A DNA stretch of 64,000 nucleotides from Escherichia coli (lineage in GTDB: Bacteria; Pseudomonadota; Gammaproteobacteria; Enterobacterales; Enterobacteriaceae). Positions 56,304 through 64,000 of this stretch are shown here, one piece after another (the first letter of the stretch is position 1; each line of letters starts with the position of its first letter). Under the pieces are notes generated by a model, which was not told the origin of the DNA, did no database searches, and was given only the letters and a program-made list of their open reading frames with translations. The position numbers and the translations under genes were made by a program. The stretch is taken from assembly GCF_009931435.1 (NCBI RefSeq), contig NZ_CP043414.1. One strand, given 5' to 3'.

Positions 56304-56632
56304 CAGTTCACCACCTGTTCAAACTCTGCGCTGAACTCAACACGCAGCATACTGACCCGCGACGACCATTTTGCGCAGGTCACCTTTATCTGCCGCCACT
56401 CATAAGGCGGCGTCCACAGAAAGGATTTCCAGCCCCCGTGCTCTTCCAGAAACGACTCCAGTACCGTGGCCTCCTCACGGGGGACAGAAAGCGTCACGCT
56501 GTACGTTTTCAGGTTGGCATTCAGCCCGGCAGGCGCTCGCTGGGAATAGCCATCACCAAAGCGCACCTTTCTTACAGAAGGGACCGAAGCCACATCCATA
56601 CCGGGTTTCACTTTCCAGCGGAAGGTCTTCAT
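56303..56632 (-). CDS. M: Tail tip assembly protein M
   Basis: 109-aa ORF MKTFRWKVKPGMDVASVPSVRKVRFGDGYSQRAPAG... Confidence 0.9.
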   Translation of the reverse strand: MKTFRWKVKPGMDVASVPSVRKVRFGDGYSQRAPAGLNANLKTYSVTLSVPREEATVLESFLEEHGGWKSFLWTPPYEWRQIKVTCAKWSSRVSMLRVEFSAEFEQVVN

Positions 56633-59208
56633 CGTCCACCTCCGGAGAACAGGCCACCATCACGCATCTGTGTCTGAATTTCATCACGGGCACCCTTGCG
56701 GGCCATGTCATACACTGCTTTCATCATCTGTGGACCTGGCAGACCATTCGTACCGTCGTTCTGAATCACCACGTTGTTGTTCTGCTCAAACCTGATACCC
56801 TCTGAACGCCGCATTTGCGCCGGACTTCCGGTGCCACCGACATAACCGCCGGTGGCATAGCCGCGCATCAGCCGGTAGAGATTTCCCACGCCAATCCGGC
56901 TGGTTGCCTCCTTCGTGAAGACAAATTCACCACGGTGAACAATCCCCGCTGGCTCATATTTGCCGCCGGTTCCCGTAAATCCTCCGGTTGCAAAATGGAA
57001 TTTCGCCGCAGCGGCCTGAATGGCTGTGCCGCCTGACGCGGATGCGCCGCCACCAACAGCCCCGCCAATGGCGCTGCCGATACTCCCGACAATCCCCACC
57101 ATTGCCTGCTTAAGCAGAATTTCTGTCATCATGGACAGCACGGAGCGGGTGAAGCTGCGCCAGTTCTGCTCACTGCCGGTCAGCATCGCCGCCATATTCT
57201 GTGCAATACCATCAAAGGTCTGCGTGGCTGCACTTTTTACCTGCGACATACTGTCCGTGGCGCTCTCTTCCCACTCACTCCAGCCGGACTTCAGGCCTGC
57301 CATCCAGCTCCCGCGAAGCTGGTCTTCAGCCGCCCAGGTCTTTTTCTGCTCTGACATGACGTTATTCAGCGCCAGCGGATTATCGCCATACTGTTCCTTC
57401 AGGCGCTGTTCCGTGGCTTCCCGTTCTGCCTGCCGGTCAGTCAGCCCCCGGCTTTTCGCATCAATGGCGGCCCGTTTTGCCCGTTGCTGCTGTGCGAATT
57501 TATCCGCCTGCTGCGCCAGCGCGTTCAGGCGCTCCTGATACGTAACCTTGTCGCCAAGTGCAGCCAGCTGGCGTTTGTACTCCATCGTCTCATCTTTATG
57601 CGCCAGCAGGGATTTCTCCTGTGCGGACAGCTGGCGACGTTGTGCCGCCTCCTCCAGTACCGCGAACTGACTTTCTGCCTTCCACAAATCCCGGCGCTGC
57701 TGGCTGATTTTCTCATTTGCTCCGGCATGCTTCTCCAGCGTCCGGAGTTCAGCCTGAAGCGTCAGCAGGGCAGCATGAGCACTGTCTTCCTGACGATCGC
57801 CCGCAGACACCTTCACGCCGGACTGTTTCGGCTTTTTCAGCGTCGCTTCATAATCCTTTTTCGCCGCCGCCATCAGCGTGTTGTAATCCGCCTGCAGGAT
57901 TTTCCCGTCTTTCAGTGCCTTATTCAGTTCTTCCTGACGGGCGGTATATTTCTCCAGCGGCGTCTGCAGGCGTTCGTAAGCCTTCTGCGCCTCTTCGGTA
58001 TATTTCAGCCGTGATGCCTCAGACTCGACCCAGTCCTTTGCTGCCATCTCTCTGGCCTTTTCAAGATCGGCCTGCAACGTGGCGGCTGAAAGCCCAAGTT
58101 GCGCATTCGCTCTGTCCTCCCATGCTCCCCGGAGATTGGCAAGAAATGCTGAGGTTTTACCGCGCCGGTGGCTCCGGCTCTGATACCACTGCCATTTTTT
58201 GTCCGCCTCATCAAAAGCCTTTTCTGCTTTCTCCAGCATTCCCTGGGCAGTGTCCGGGCGACCAATATCCAGCACCGAATCCCACATGGATTTGAATGCC
58301 CGTGCTGTCCTGTCTGCCCAGGTCTCCAGCGTGCCCATGTTCTCTTTCAGGCGGCGGGTCTGGTCATCAAACCCTTTCGTTGCGGCCTCGTTCGCCGCCT
58401 GCAATGCCCCGGCTTCATCGCCGGAACGCTGCAACTGAGCAACATACGCAATCTGCTCCGCCGTCACGTTATGGAACTGGCGTGCCATCGCCGTCAGCCC
58501 CGACGTCGGGTCTGTGGTCAGCTTCCCGAAGGCTTCAGCGACCTTGTCCACCTCCACGCCGGATGCAGAGGAGAAACGCGCCACACTCTGGCTGATGGAC
58601 GCAATCTGAGCCTCACCGCTTACCCCCGCCTTAACCAGTGCGCTGAGTGACTCGCTGGTCTGGTTAAACGTCAGCCCTGCCGCCTGCCCGGCTCTGGACA
58701 GGACCAGCATGCGATCTGCCGTCAGACCCGACTGATTGCCGGAAAGGACCAGCGTTTTGTTGAAATCGGACAGGGTTGAGTTGCCCTGATACCAGGCATA
58801 CGCCAGCGCACCGGTCGCCACCGCCAGCGAGGTGGCCCCGACCATCGGCAGGGTGATCGCACCGGCAAGCCCCCTGAACATGGGGATCATCCCGCCGAAG
58901 GAGTCCTTAACCTGACCACCCTGTTGCAGCAGGATCAGCCACGGACTTTGCCCGCCTGCAAACTGCGTGGCCACGTCGGTGAACTGTGCAGGCAGCATAC
59001 GCATGGCGGCTTTATACTGCCCGACGGAAATCCCCGCTTTCTGTGCAGCCAGCGCCTGTCGGCTCAGCGACTGTTCAACGACTGCCGCTGTTTTTTTCGC
59101 ATCAGTTTCCGTACCGGAAAAATGACGCCTGACTCTGGCCATCTGCTCGTCAAATCTGGCCGCATCCAGACTTAAATCAACGACCAGATCGCCTACCGGT
59201 TCAGCCAT
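56629..59208 (-). CDS. H: Tail tape measure protein H
   Basis: 859-aa ORF MAEPVGDLVVDLSLDAARFDEQMARVRRHFSGTETDAKK... Confidence 0.93.
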   Translation of the reverse strand: MAEPVGDLVVDLSLDAARFDEQMARVRRHFSGTETDAKKTAAVVEQSLSRQALAAQKAGISVGQYKAAMRMLPAQFTDVATQFAGGQSPWLILLQQGGQVKDSFGGMIPMFRGLAGAITLPMVGATSLAVATGALAYAWYQGNSTLSDFNKTLVLSGNQSGLTADRMLVLSRAGQAAGLTFNQTSESLSALVKAGVSGEAQIASISQSVARFSSASGVEVDKVAEAFGKLTTDPTSGLTAMARQFHNVTAEQIAYVAQLQRSGDEAGALQAANEAATKGFDDQTRRLKENMGTLETWADRTARAFKSMWDSVLDIGRPDTAQGMLEKAEKAFDEADKKWQWYQSRSHRRGKTSAFLANLRGAWEDRANAQLGLSAATLQADLEKAREMAAKDWVESEASRLKYTEEAQKAYERLQTPLEKYTARQEELNKALKDGKILQADYNTLMAAAKKDYEATLKKPKQSGVKVSAGDRQEDSAHAALLTLQAELRTLEKHAGANEKISQQRRDLWKAESQFAVLEEAAQRRQLSAQEKSLLAHKDETMEYKRQLAALGDKVTYQERLNALAQQADKFAQQQRAKRAAIDAKSRGLTDRQAEREATEQRLKEQYGDNPLALNNVMSEQKKTWAAEDQLRGSWMAGLKSGWSEWEESATDSMSQVKSAATQTFDGIAQNMAAMLTGSEQNWRSFTRSVLSMMTEILLKQAMVGIVGSIGSAIGGAVGGGASASGGTAIQAAAAKFHFATGGFTGTGGKYEPAGIVHRGEFVFTKEATSRIGVGNLYRLMRGYATGGYVGGTGSPAQMRRSEGIRFEQNNNVVIQNDGTNGLPGPQMMKAVYDMARKGARDEIQTQMRDGGLFSGGGR

Positions 59209-59641
59209 ACCGGACTCCTCCTGCGATCCCTTCTGATACTGTCATCAGCATTACGTCATCCTCCGTCATGTCCGCCACATCCGGGGAAGCGGGGATAACT
59301 TCATTCCCGTCCGGGCCAAAGCGGACACCTCCGGCAAGCCCTGCCGCTTTCTGCATCAGCACATCATCTTCAGGCTCTTCGTCAGCCTCGCGCCGGTTAA
59401 GCAGACTGAAATCCAGCGGATGCATATCCGGATCGCTGAAAAACAGGCTGAGCACGGTGTACGTCAGCCCGGAAAAGTGCATATCCAGCAGAACATCATG
59501 AAAATAATGGGTACTGTAAAAGCGGTGCCAGTCGGCATACTCCGTGGATGACATCCCGGCAAGCATGGCACGCCAGTCGGGTCGCCCCATCTCACGCGCC
59601 AGTTTCAGGGCAAAACTCAGCTCACCGTCGAACACTTTCCC
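59201..59641 (-). CDS. T: Tail assembly chaperone T segment, expressed as a G-T fusion by -1 programmed ribosomal frameshift
   Basis: ORF in the -1 frame relative to G, beginning at the slippery site; no independent ribosome-binding site or ATG is expected. Confidence 0.8.
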   Translation of the reverse strand, partial: GKVFDGELSFALKLAREMGRPDWRAMLAGMSSTEYADWHRFYSTHYFHDVLLDMHFSGLTYTVLSLFFSDPDMHPLDFSLLNRREADEEPEDDVLMQKAAGLAGGVRFGPDGNEVIPASPDVADMTEDDVMLMTVSEGIAGGVRYG

Positions 59642-60039
59642 GCAGAAACAGGCTCTGCAGGCCCGGCGTCCTCTGTCTGTTCAGGGGTATTATTCACAAC
59701 AAACTCATACATTCCGGACAGCCGGTACACCACGTTTTCAGCATGAGAAATTGCCTCTGTGGGCCAGGTGGTAAGCACTTCCTGTTCAATCTGTTTAACG
59801 GCTTCATTCATGGACGGCATCTGCGTCTTCTTCGGATGGTTATGCCACAGGGACATCGCCACCACACAAGCACCGGTTCTGATGACGTCTTCCACAGTAA
59901 CCTGCCGGTTGCTGTCTGACTCCGCCTGTTCTGCCTGCCGTTTCATCAGGGCGAGATGCTCAATACGCTGCAGGGCTGACAGTTCAGAAAGCGTGACGGT
60001 CACGCCGTTATGTTCAAATGATTCGGTTTTCAGGAACAT
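59617..60039 (-). CDS. G: Tail assembly chaperone G
   Basis: 140-aa ORF MFLKTESFEHNGVTVTLSELSALQRIEHLALMKRQAEQ... ending ...SAGKCSTVS. Confidence 0.9.
   Translation of the reverse strand: MFLKTESFEHNGVTVTLSELSALQRIEHLALMKRQAEQAESDSNRQVTVEDVIRTGACVVAMSLWHNHPKKTQMPSMNEAVKQIEQEVLTTWPTEAISHAENVVYRLSGMYEFVVNNTPEQTEDAGPAEPVSAGKCSTVS
59635..59641 (-). other. Slippery heptamer G GGA AAG for the G/GT -1 frameshift
   Basis: Minus-strand reading GCG GGA AAG in the G frame, with the T frame reading GGG AAA GTG; identical in form to the canonical lambda G-T slip site. Confidence 0.8.
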
Positions 60040-60054
60040 CGCTGACTCTCCGGA

Positions 60055-60795
60055 TTAACTGGCGGTGACGGTGATTTCTGCAACCGCAGCAAACTCACCA
60101 TTACCGGATACGACCGGAATGTTGACCTTACCTGCAGCAACGCCATTCACGGTGATGGTCATACCACTGACCGACACGGTGGCTTTTGTTTTATCCGCTG
60201 ACACCGCACGGAAGCTCTTGTCGGTTGCGCCTTCCGGCTGGAATGCCACGGTCAGCGTGGTGCTCTGCCCTTTCACCACCGAGGTGCTGGCAGGCGTCAC
60301 AGTCATGCCGGTTGTCGCCGTCACCGTGCTGCGATCTTCTGCCATCGACGGACGGCCCACATTGGTGACCTTCACCGTGCGGGTGATCACTTCCTTCGCC
60401 GTCACCGCCTTACCGATACTGCTGACCCAGCCGCGGAACACATCGACCGTGCCGTTCGGGAAGCGGATTTTATAGGCTCGGGTATCCCCTTCATTAAACC
60501 ACGCCAGCAGCGCCTGCTGCCCCTGCTCTCCGGGCATCCACGCCAGCGTGAAGCTGGTATCTCCGGCAGATTTCTGCCCCTGTCCGGTCGCGGTCCAGTC
60601 CGCATCTTCATCATCGAGATAACTGTCGTCATAGGACTCAGCGGTCAGTTCGCCGGGCGTCAGGTCTTTAACTTTAGCCAGACGCGACCAGTCAACGTCT
60701 GAAAGCGGGTTCGCATAAGGGTCACCGTTCCCCTTATAAACCCACAGTGTGGTCCCGGCCCCTTTCACCGGTGCCAGAGGATTTGGTGTTGGCAT
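60055..60795 (-). CDS. V: Major tail tube protein V
   Basis: 246-aa product from the ATG at 60795 ([34 protein letters not shown]...); C-terminal Ig-like region. Confidence 0.92.
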   Translation of the reverse strand: MPTPNPLAPVKGAGTTLWVYKGNGDPYANPLSDVDWSRLAKVKDLTPGELTAESYDDSYLDDEDADWTATGQGQKSAGDTSFTLAWMPGEQGQQALLAWFNEGDTRAYKIRFPNGTVDVFRGWVSSIGKAVTAKEVITRTVKVTNVGRPSMAEDRSTVTATTGMTVTPASTSVVKGQSTTLTVAFQPEGATDKSFRAVSADKTKATVSVSGMTITVNGVAAGKVNIPVVSGNGEFAAVAEITVTAS

Positions 60796-60802
60796 ATCGT
60801 CC

Positions 60803-61198
60803 TCACATTTCATAGGTAATGACATAAGTCAGATCGGCTGAACTCCACAGGCCCGCATCATCGTCGCGCCGGTAGTCATAGCCACTGGCCACCATACTGG
60901 TGATCAAATCTGACAGTGCCGGGATATCGCTCATCACCGGATAAATCCGGGACTCCATCCACGAATCCAGCTCTGAATCCGGCACCTGAGCAGGCAGGAA
61001 AACTTCAATATGCAGCTCCGCCTGCCAGGTATCGCTGTCCAGCTCTTCGCCCGTGTATTCAGCGCCGGTGAGATAAACGGCAACTGCCGGAAAATCCGCC
61101 TCATCAAAAACAGCGGGGCGACCATCAAAAAACGTCGCCCCGGTGTCATGCTTCTCCAGTGCATCCAGTACGGCTGCACGGAGTTCAGTATGTTTCAT
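60803..61198 (-). CDS. U: Tail terminator protein U
   Basis: 131-aa [39 protein letters not shown]... Confidence 0.9.
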   Translation of the reverse strand: MKHTELRAAVLDALEKHDTGATFFDGRPAVFDEADFPAVAVYLTGAEYTGEELDSDTWQAELHIEVFLPAQVPDSELDSWMESRIYPVMSDIPALSDLITSMVASGYDYRRDDDAGLWSSADLTYVITYEM

Positions 61199-61773
61199 CG
61201 CTTTATTACCATCCTCAGTTGATGCTGCAGCGCATAGCCCAGCTCTTTCGGAAGACGCTCACGCCGTATCCGCTCAATATTCTGTTTAAACGCCGTGGTC
61301 AGCGGCACCGCCATCGGAATTTTCACCACATCAATGGGGTAACGATTTTTCCCGGCCACACGCTGCATAACATGCCAGCGGCCATTTTTCAGTTGCTGAA
61401 TAAACGCGCCGGGAATACGACGGTTTCCCACCACAAGCACGCTGCCGCCACCTTTCAGGGCTGAACGCTGCCCCTTTTTACGACGCCTGCGTCGGGACAG
61501 GACAATCCGCGCGTTACCCAGCTTTATTACGGGCAAATCCCCCCGGTTAACCTTGATTCTGGCCTGCGGATTTTTGACCGTGGCCCTTTTCAGCCTGGCC
61601 CTTTCCTTTACCAGTTTCCGGCGTACCTTTGTCTCACGGGCAACCTGTGACGCCGACTGCGATATCGCGGATGAAGCAACGCGGTTAATGGCCATTGCGG
61701 CGGCACCGGGCACCGCCGTTCTGCTGATACGGCTGAGGTTTTCAACGGCCTGCTCAAGACCTTTTATGGCCAT
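61195..61773 (-). CDS. Z: Tail completion protein Z
   Basis: 192-aa ORF MAIKGLEQAVENLSRISRTAVPGAAAMAINRVASS... Confidence 0.9.
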   Translation of the reverse strand: MAIKGLEQAVENLSRISRTAVPGAAAMAINRVASSAISQSASQVARETKVRRKLVKERARLKRATVKNPQARIKVNRGDLPVIKLGNARIVLSRRRRRKKGQRSALKGGGSVLVVGNRRIPGAFIQQLKNGRWHVMQRVAGKNRYPIDVVKIPMAVPLTTAFKQNIERIRRERLPKELGYALQHQLRMVIKR

Positions 61774-61784
61774 ACATCCCCCTT

Positions 61785-62138
61785 TCAGCGGCGACGGTTA
61801 ACGGCAGGCGGTACGCCCCGCCCAAGCCAGAGATGACAGCTTCCGCCATCATCCGGCGAAATCCGGTCTATCCAGAAGTTTTCCTCACCGATGGTCAGCG
61901 TGTCGCCGCGCCGCAGCTGCCGCACATCATCAGTCCGGACAAACAGGAACGGGCTGGAGCCTTCAACGCGCACGCCCTGTCCGGCATAGCTGATATTTTC
62001 AGGATCATCAAAAACACCACGTATCACAGCACCGGACTGCTCACCGGATGTCATGGTGGCTGACGTTCCCATGTACCCGCGTATCGTTTCATCGGCGCGG
62101 GCAATGGCAGCATCGAACAGGTTATCGAAATCAGCCAC
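61785..62138 (-). CDS. FII: Head-tail joining protein FII
   Basis: 117-aa ORF MADFDNLFDAAIARADETIRGYMGTSATMTSGEQ... Confidence 0.9.
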   Translation of the reverse strand: MADFDNLFDAAIARADETIRGYMGTSATMTSGEQSGAVIRGVFDDPENISYAGQGVRVEGSSPFLFVRTDDVRQLRRGDTLTIGEENFWIDRISPDDGGSCHLWLGRGVPPAVNRRR

Positions 62139-62149
62139 AGCGCCTCCCG

Positions 62150-62545
62150 TTATTGCATTCTGGCCAGGCCGCGCTCTGTCATTTCAGCTGCCACACCGGC
62201 AGAGACACGGAACGCCGTTCCCGGCAGCACAAATGCCACAGCCTCATCCCGCGTGGCGTGAAGTGCATCAGTATGCAGCGTCACCAGTGCCACAACCGTG
62301 ACCAGATCAGCCGTATCAGTCACGGTATCCGGCTGCGCTGATACAACCTCATTTTCATGTCCGGTCAGCGCATTTTCCGGGCTGACAGATGTGTCCTGAC
62401 CAGCAGCGTCATCCGTGTCATCAAGCTCCTCTTCCAGCTCTGCCACACGGAGTGCCAGTTCTTCTTTCGTCCCCGTCAGGCTGACATCACGGTTCAGTTG
62501 CTCACCCAGCACCTGAAGACGGGCAATCAGTTCATCTTTCGTCAT
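62150..62545 (-). CDS. FI: DNA packaging / head assembly protein FI
   Basis: Start taken at the internal ATG at 62545 (MTKDELIARLQVLGEQLNRDVSLTGTKEELALRVAEL...), giving 131 aa; the longer ORF start at 62584 was rejected. Confidence 0.85.
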   Translation of the reverse strand: MTKDELIARLQVLGEQLNRDVSLTGTKEELALRVAELEEELDDTDDAAGQDTSVSPENALTGHENEVVSAQPDTVTDTADLVTVVALVTLHTDALHATRDEAVAFVLPGTAFRVSAGVAAEMTERGLARMQ

Positions 62546-62586
62546 GGACTCCTCCACAGAGAGAAAATGGCCCCGAAGGGCCATGA

Positions 62587-63612
62587 TTACGCCAGTTGTA
62601 CGGACACGAACGCATCAGGATCAGCCAGCAGCATCAGCGGTGCTGACTGAATCATGGTGAACTCACGCGCCGGATCGCCGGTGGTCACCCAGTTTTTCGG
62701 GTAGCGGGCAGAGGCGTTAATACCTTCGCGCTGTGCGTCCGCATCCTGAATGCAGCCATAGGTGCGCAGACCGCGTGCCTGAGTGTTCCCCAGCACCATC
62801 GTGTTGTCCGGCAGGAAGTTCTTTTTGACGTCGTTTTCCACGTACTGTCCGGAATACACGACGATCGCCGTATCGCCATACATCCCCTTATAGGACACCG
62901 CTTCGCCCAGATCTTTTACCGCTGTCTCCAGCTCGGAATGAGAGCCGCGACGGGTATCCAGCTTCTCCTTGACGGCTTTGAAGGAACGGAACAGCGCCCA
63001 GCCTTTCGGATCAAACACGATGATATTCACCACACCGCTGGCGTTCAGCGCGTAGGCTTCGATATCGTCGGTCGGGTCATACGTGGACTTGTCACGCTTG
63101 CTCCACTCCGTACCGCCGGACTGCGTGATGTTGTTCGCCACACTGCGGCCCATATCCACTTCAACCGGATCGAAGGCTTCACCGGTCATGGTATATTTGC
63201 CCTTAAGCACGGCAGAAACGGCCTGCATCTCTTCGACCTGAGCAATGGCCAGCTCTTCGTCTCGCATGTTCTGCAGAATGATGCGACGGCGGCGGTAAGC
63301 CGGGTCCGCCAGATTCTGTGGATCTTCATCCGGCAGGCGACGCAGGGTCATCTGCGGATTCACCTCATGCTTCGGCTTGACATATCCCGGTGTAAATTCA
63401 GAGGTGGAGCCGCCACGGGAGCGGATAACCTCACCGGAAACAATCGGCGAAACGTACAGCGCCATGTTTACCAGTCCCGGAATTTGTGAGAGATAGACTT
63501 TCTCCGTGGTGAAGGGATAGCTCTCACGGAAAAAGAGACGCAGAAACAGCGGATCAAACTTAAATTTCTTCTCATTTGCCGCCAGCAGCTGGGCGGTTGT
63601 GTACATCGACAT
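62587..63612 (-). CDS. E: Major capsid protein E
   Basis: 341-aa product from the ATG at 63612 (MSMYTTAQLLAANEKKFKFDPLFLRLFFRESYPFTTEKVYL...). Confidence 0.93.
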   Translation of the reverse strand: MSMYTTAQLLAANEKKFKFDPLFLRLFFRESYPFTTEKVYLSQIPGLVNMALYVSPIVSGEVIRSRGGSTSEFTPGYVKPKHEVNPQMTLRRLPDEDPQNLADPAYRRRRIILQNMRDEELAIAQVEEMQAVSAVLKGKYTMTGEAFDPVEVDMGRSVANNITQSGGTEWSKRDKSTYDPTDDIEAYALNASGVVNIIVFDPKGWALFRSFKAVKEKLDTRRGSHSELETAVKDLGEAVSYKGMYGDTAIVVYSGQYVENDVKKNFLPDNTMVLGNTQARGLRTYGCIQDADAQREGINASARYPKNWVTTGDPAREFTMIQSAPLMLLADPDAFVSVQLA

Positions 63613-63667
63613 AAAAAAATCCCGTAAAAAAAGCCGCACAGGCGGCCTTTAGTGATGAAGGGTAAGG

Positions 63668-64000
63668 TTAAACGATGCTGATTGCCGTTCCGGCAAACGC
63701 GGTCCGTTTTTTCGTCTCGTCGCTGGCAGCCTCCGGCCAGAGCACATCCTCATAACGGAACGTGCCGGACTTGTAGAACGTCAGCGTGGTGCTGGTCTGG
63801 TCAGCAGCAACCGCCAGAATGCCAACGGCAGCACCGTCGGTGGTGCCATCCCACACAACCAGCTTACGGGTGGAGGTGTCCAGCATCAGCGGGGTCATTG
63901 CAGGCGCTTTCGCACTCAATCCGCCGGGCGCGGTTGCCGTATGTGCCGGGTCACTGTTGCCCAGCGGCTGGTAATGGGTAAAGGTTTCTTTGCTCGTCAT
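63668..64000 (-). CDS. D: Head decoration protein D
   Basis: 110-aa [55 protein letters not shown]...; the ATG is the last three bases of the window. Confidence 0.92.
   Translation of the reverse strand: MTSKETFTHYQPLGNSDPAHTATAPGGLSAKAPAMTPLMLDTSTRKLVVWDGTTDGAAVGILAVAADQTSTTLTFYKSGTFRYEDVLWPEAASDETKKRTAFAGTAISIV

Larger units (their letters stand above)
42079..64000 (-). mobile_element. Lambdoid prophage, att-proximal portion: attR core, cargo genes, side tail fibre, tail and head genes; continues beyond the window end
   Basis: Collinear lambda gene order D-E-FI-FII-Z-U-V-G-T-H-M-L-K-I-J-lom-stf-tfa, followed by cargo (ybcY-like, appY, ompT) and an argU 3' fragment. Confidence 0.9.

Overview
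This window reads as an Escherichia coli chromosomal segment in three blocks, all called by recognising the translated ORFs and reading motifs directly (no database search was run). (1) 1-19200: the complete enterobactin locus, entA (partial), entB, entE, entC, fepB, entS, fepD, fepG, fepC, fepE, entF, ybdZ, fes, fepA and entD, with Fur boxes in its three divergent promoter regions. (2) 19200-42050: a tandem array of three hok/sok type I toxin-antitoxin units, then ybdK, ybdJ, ybdF, nfsB, ybdG, pheP, cusCFBA/cusRS, nfrBA, ybcH and envY. (3) 42079-64000: the att-proximal end of a lambdoid prophage inserted at an argU-derived site, with cargo genes ompT, appY and a ybcY-like methyltransferase, then a lambda-like side tail fibre and the full tail and head module from J up to D. 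The most notable observations are the triplicated hok locus (one copy with a frameshifted mok leader), the lom gene interrupted by an in-frame amber codon, the diverged J C-terminus, and a structural module far more complete than the defective DLP12 of K-12. No CRISPR array, rRNA, intact tRNA or IS element was found.
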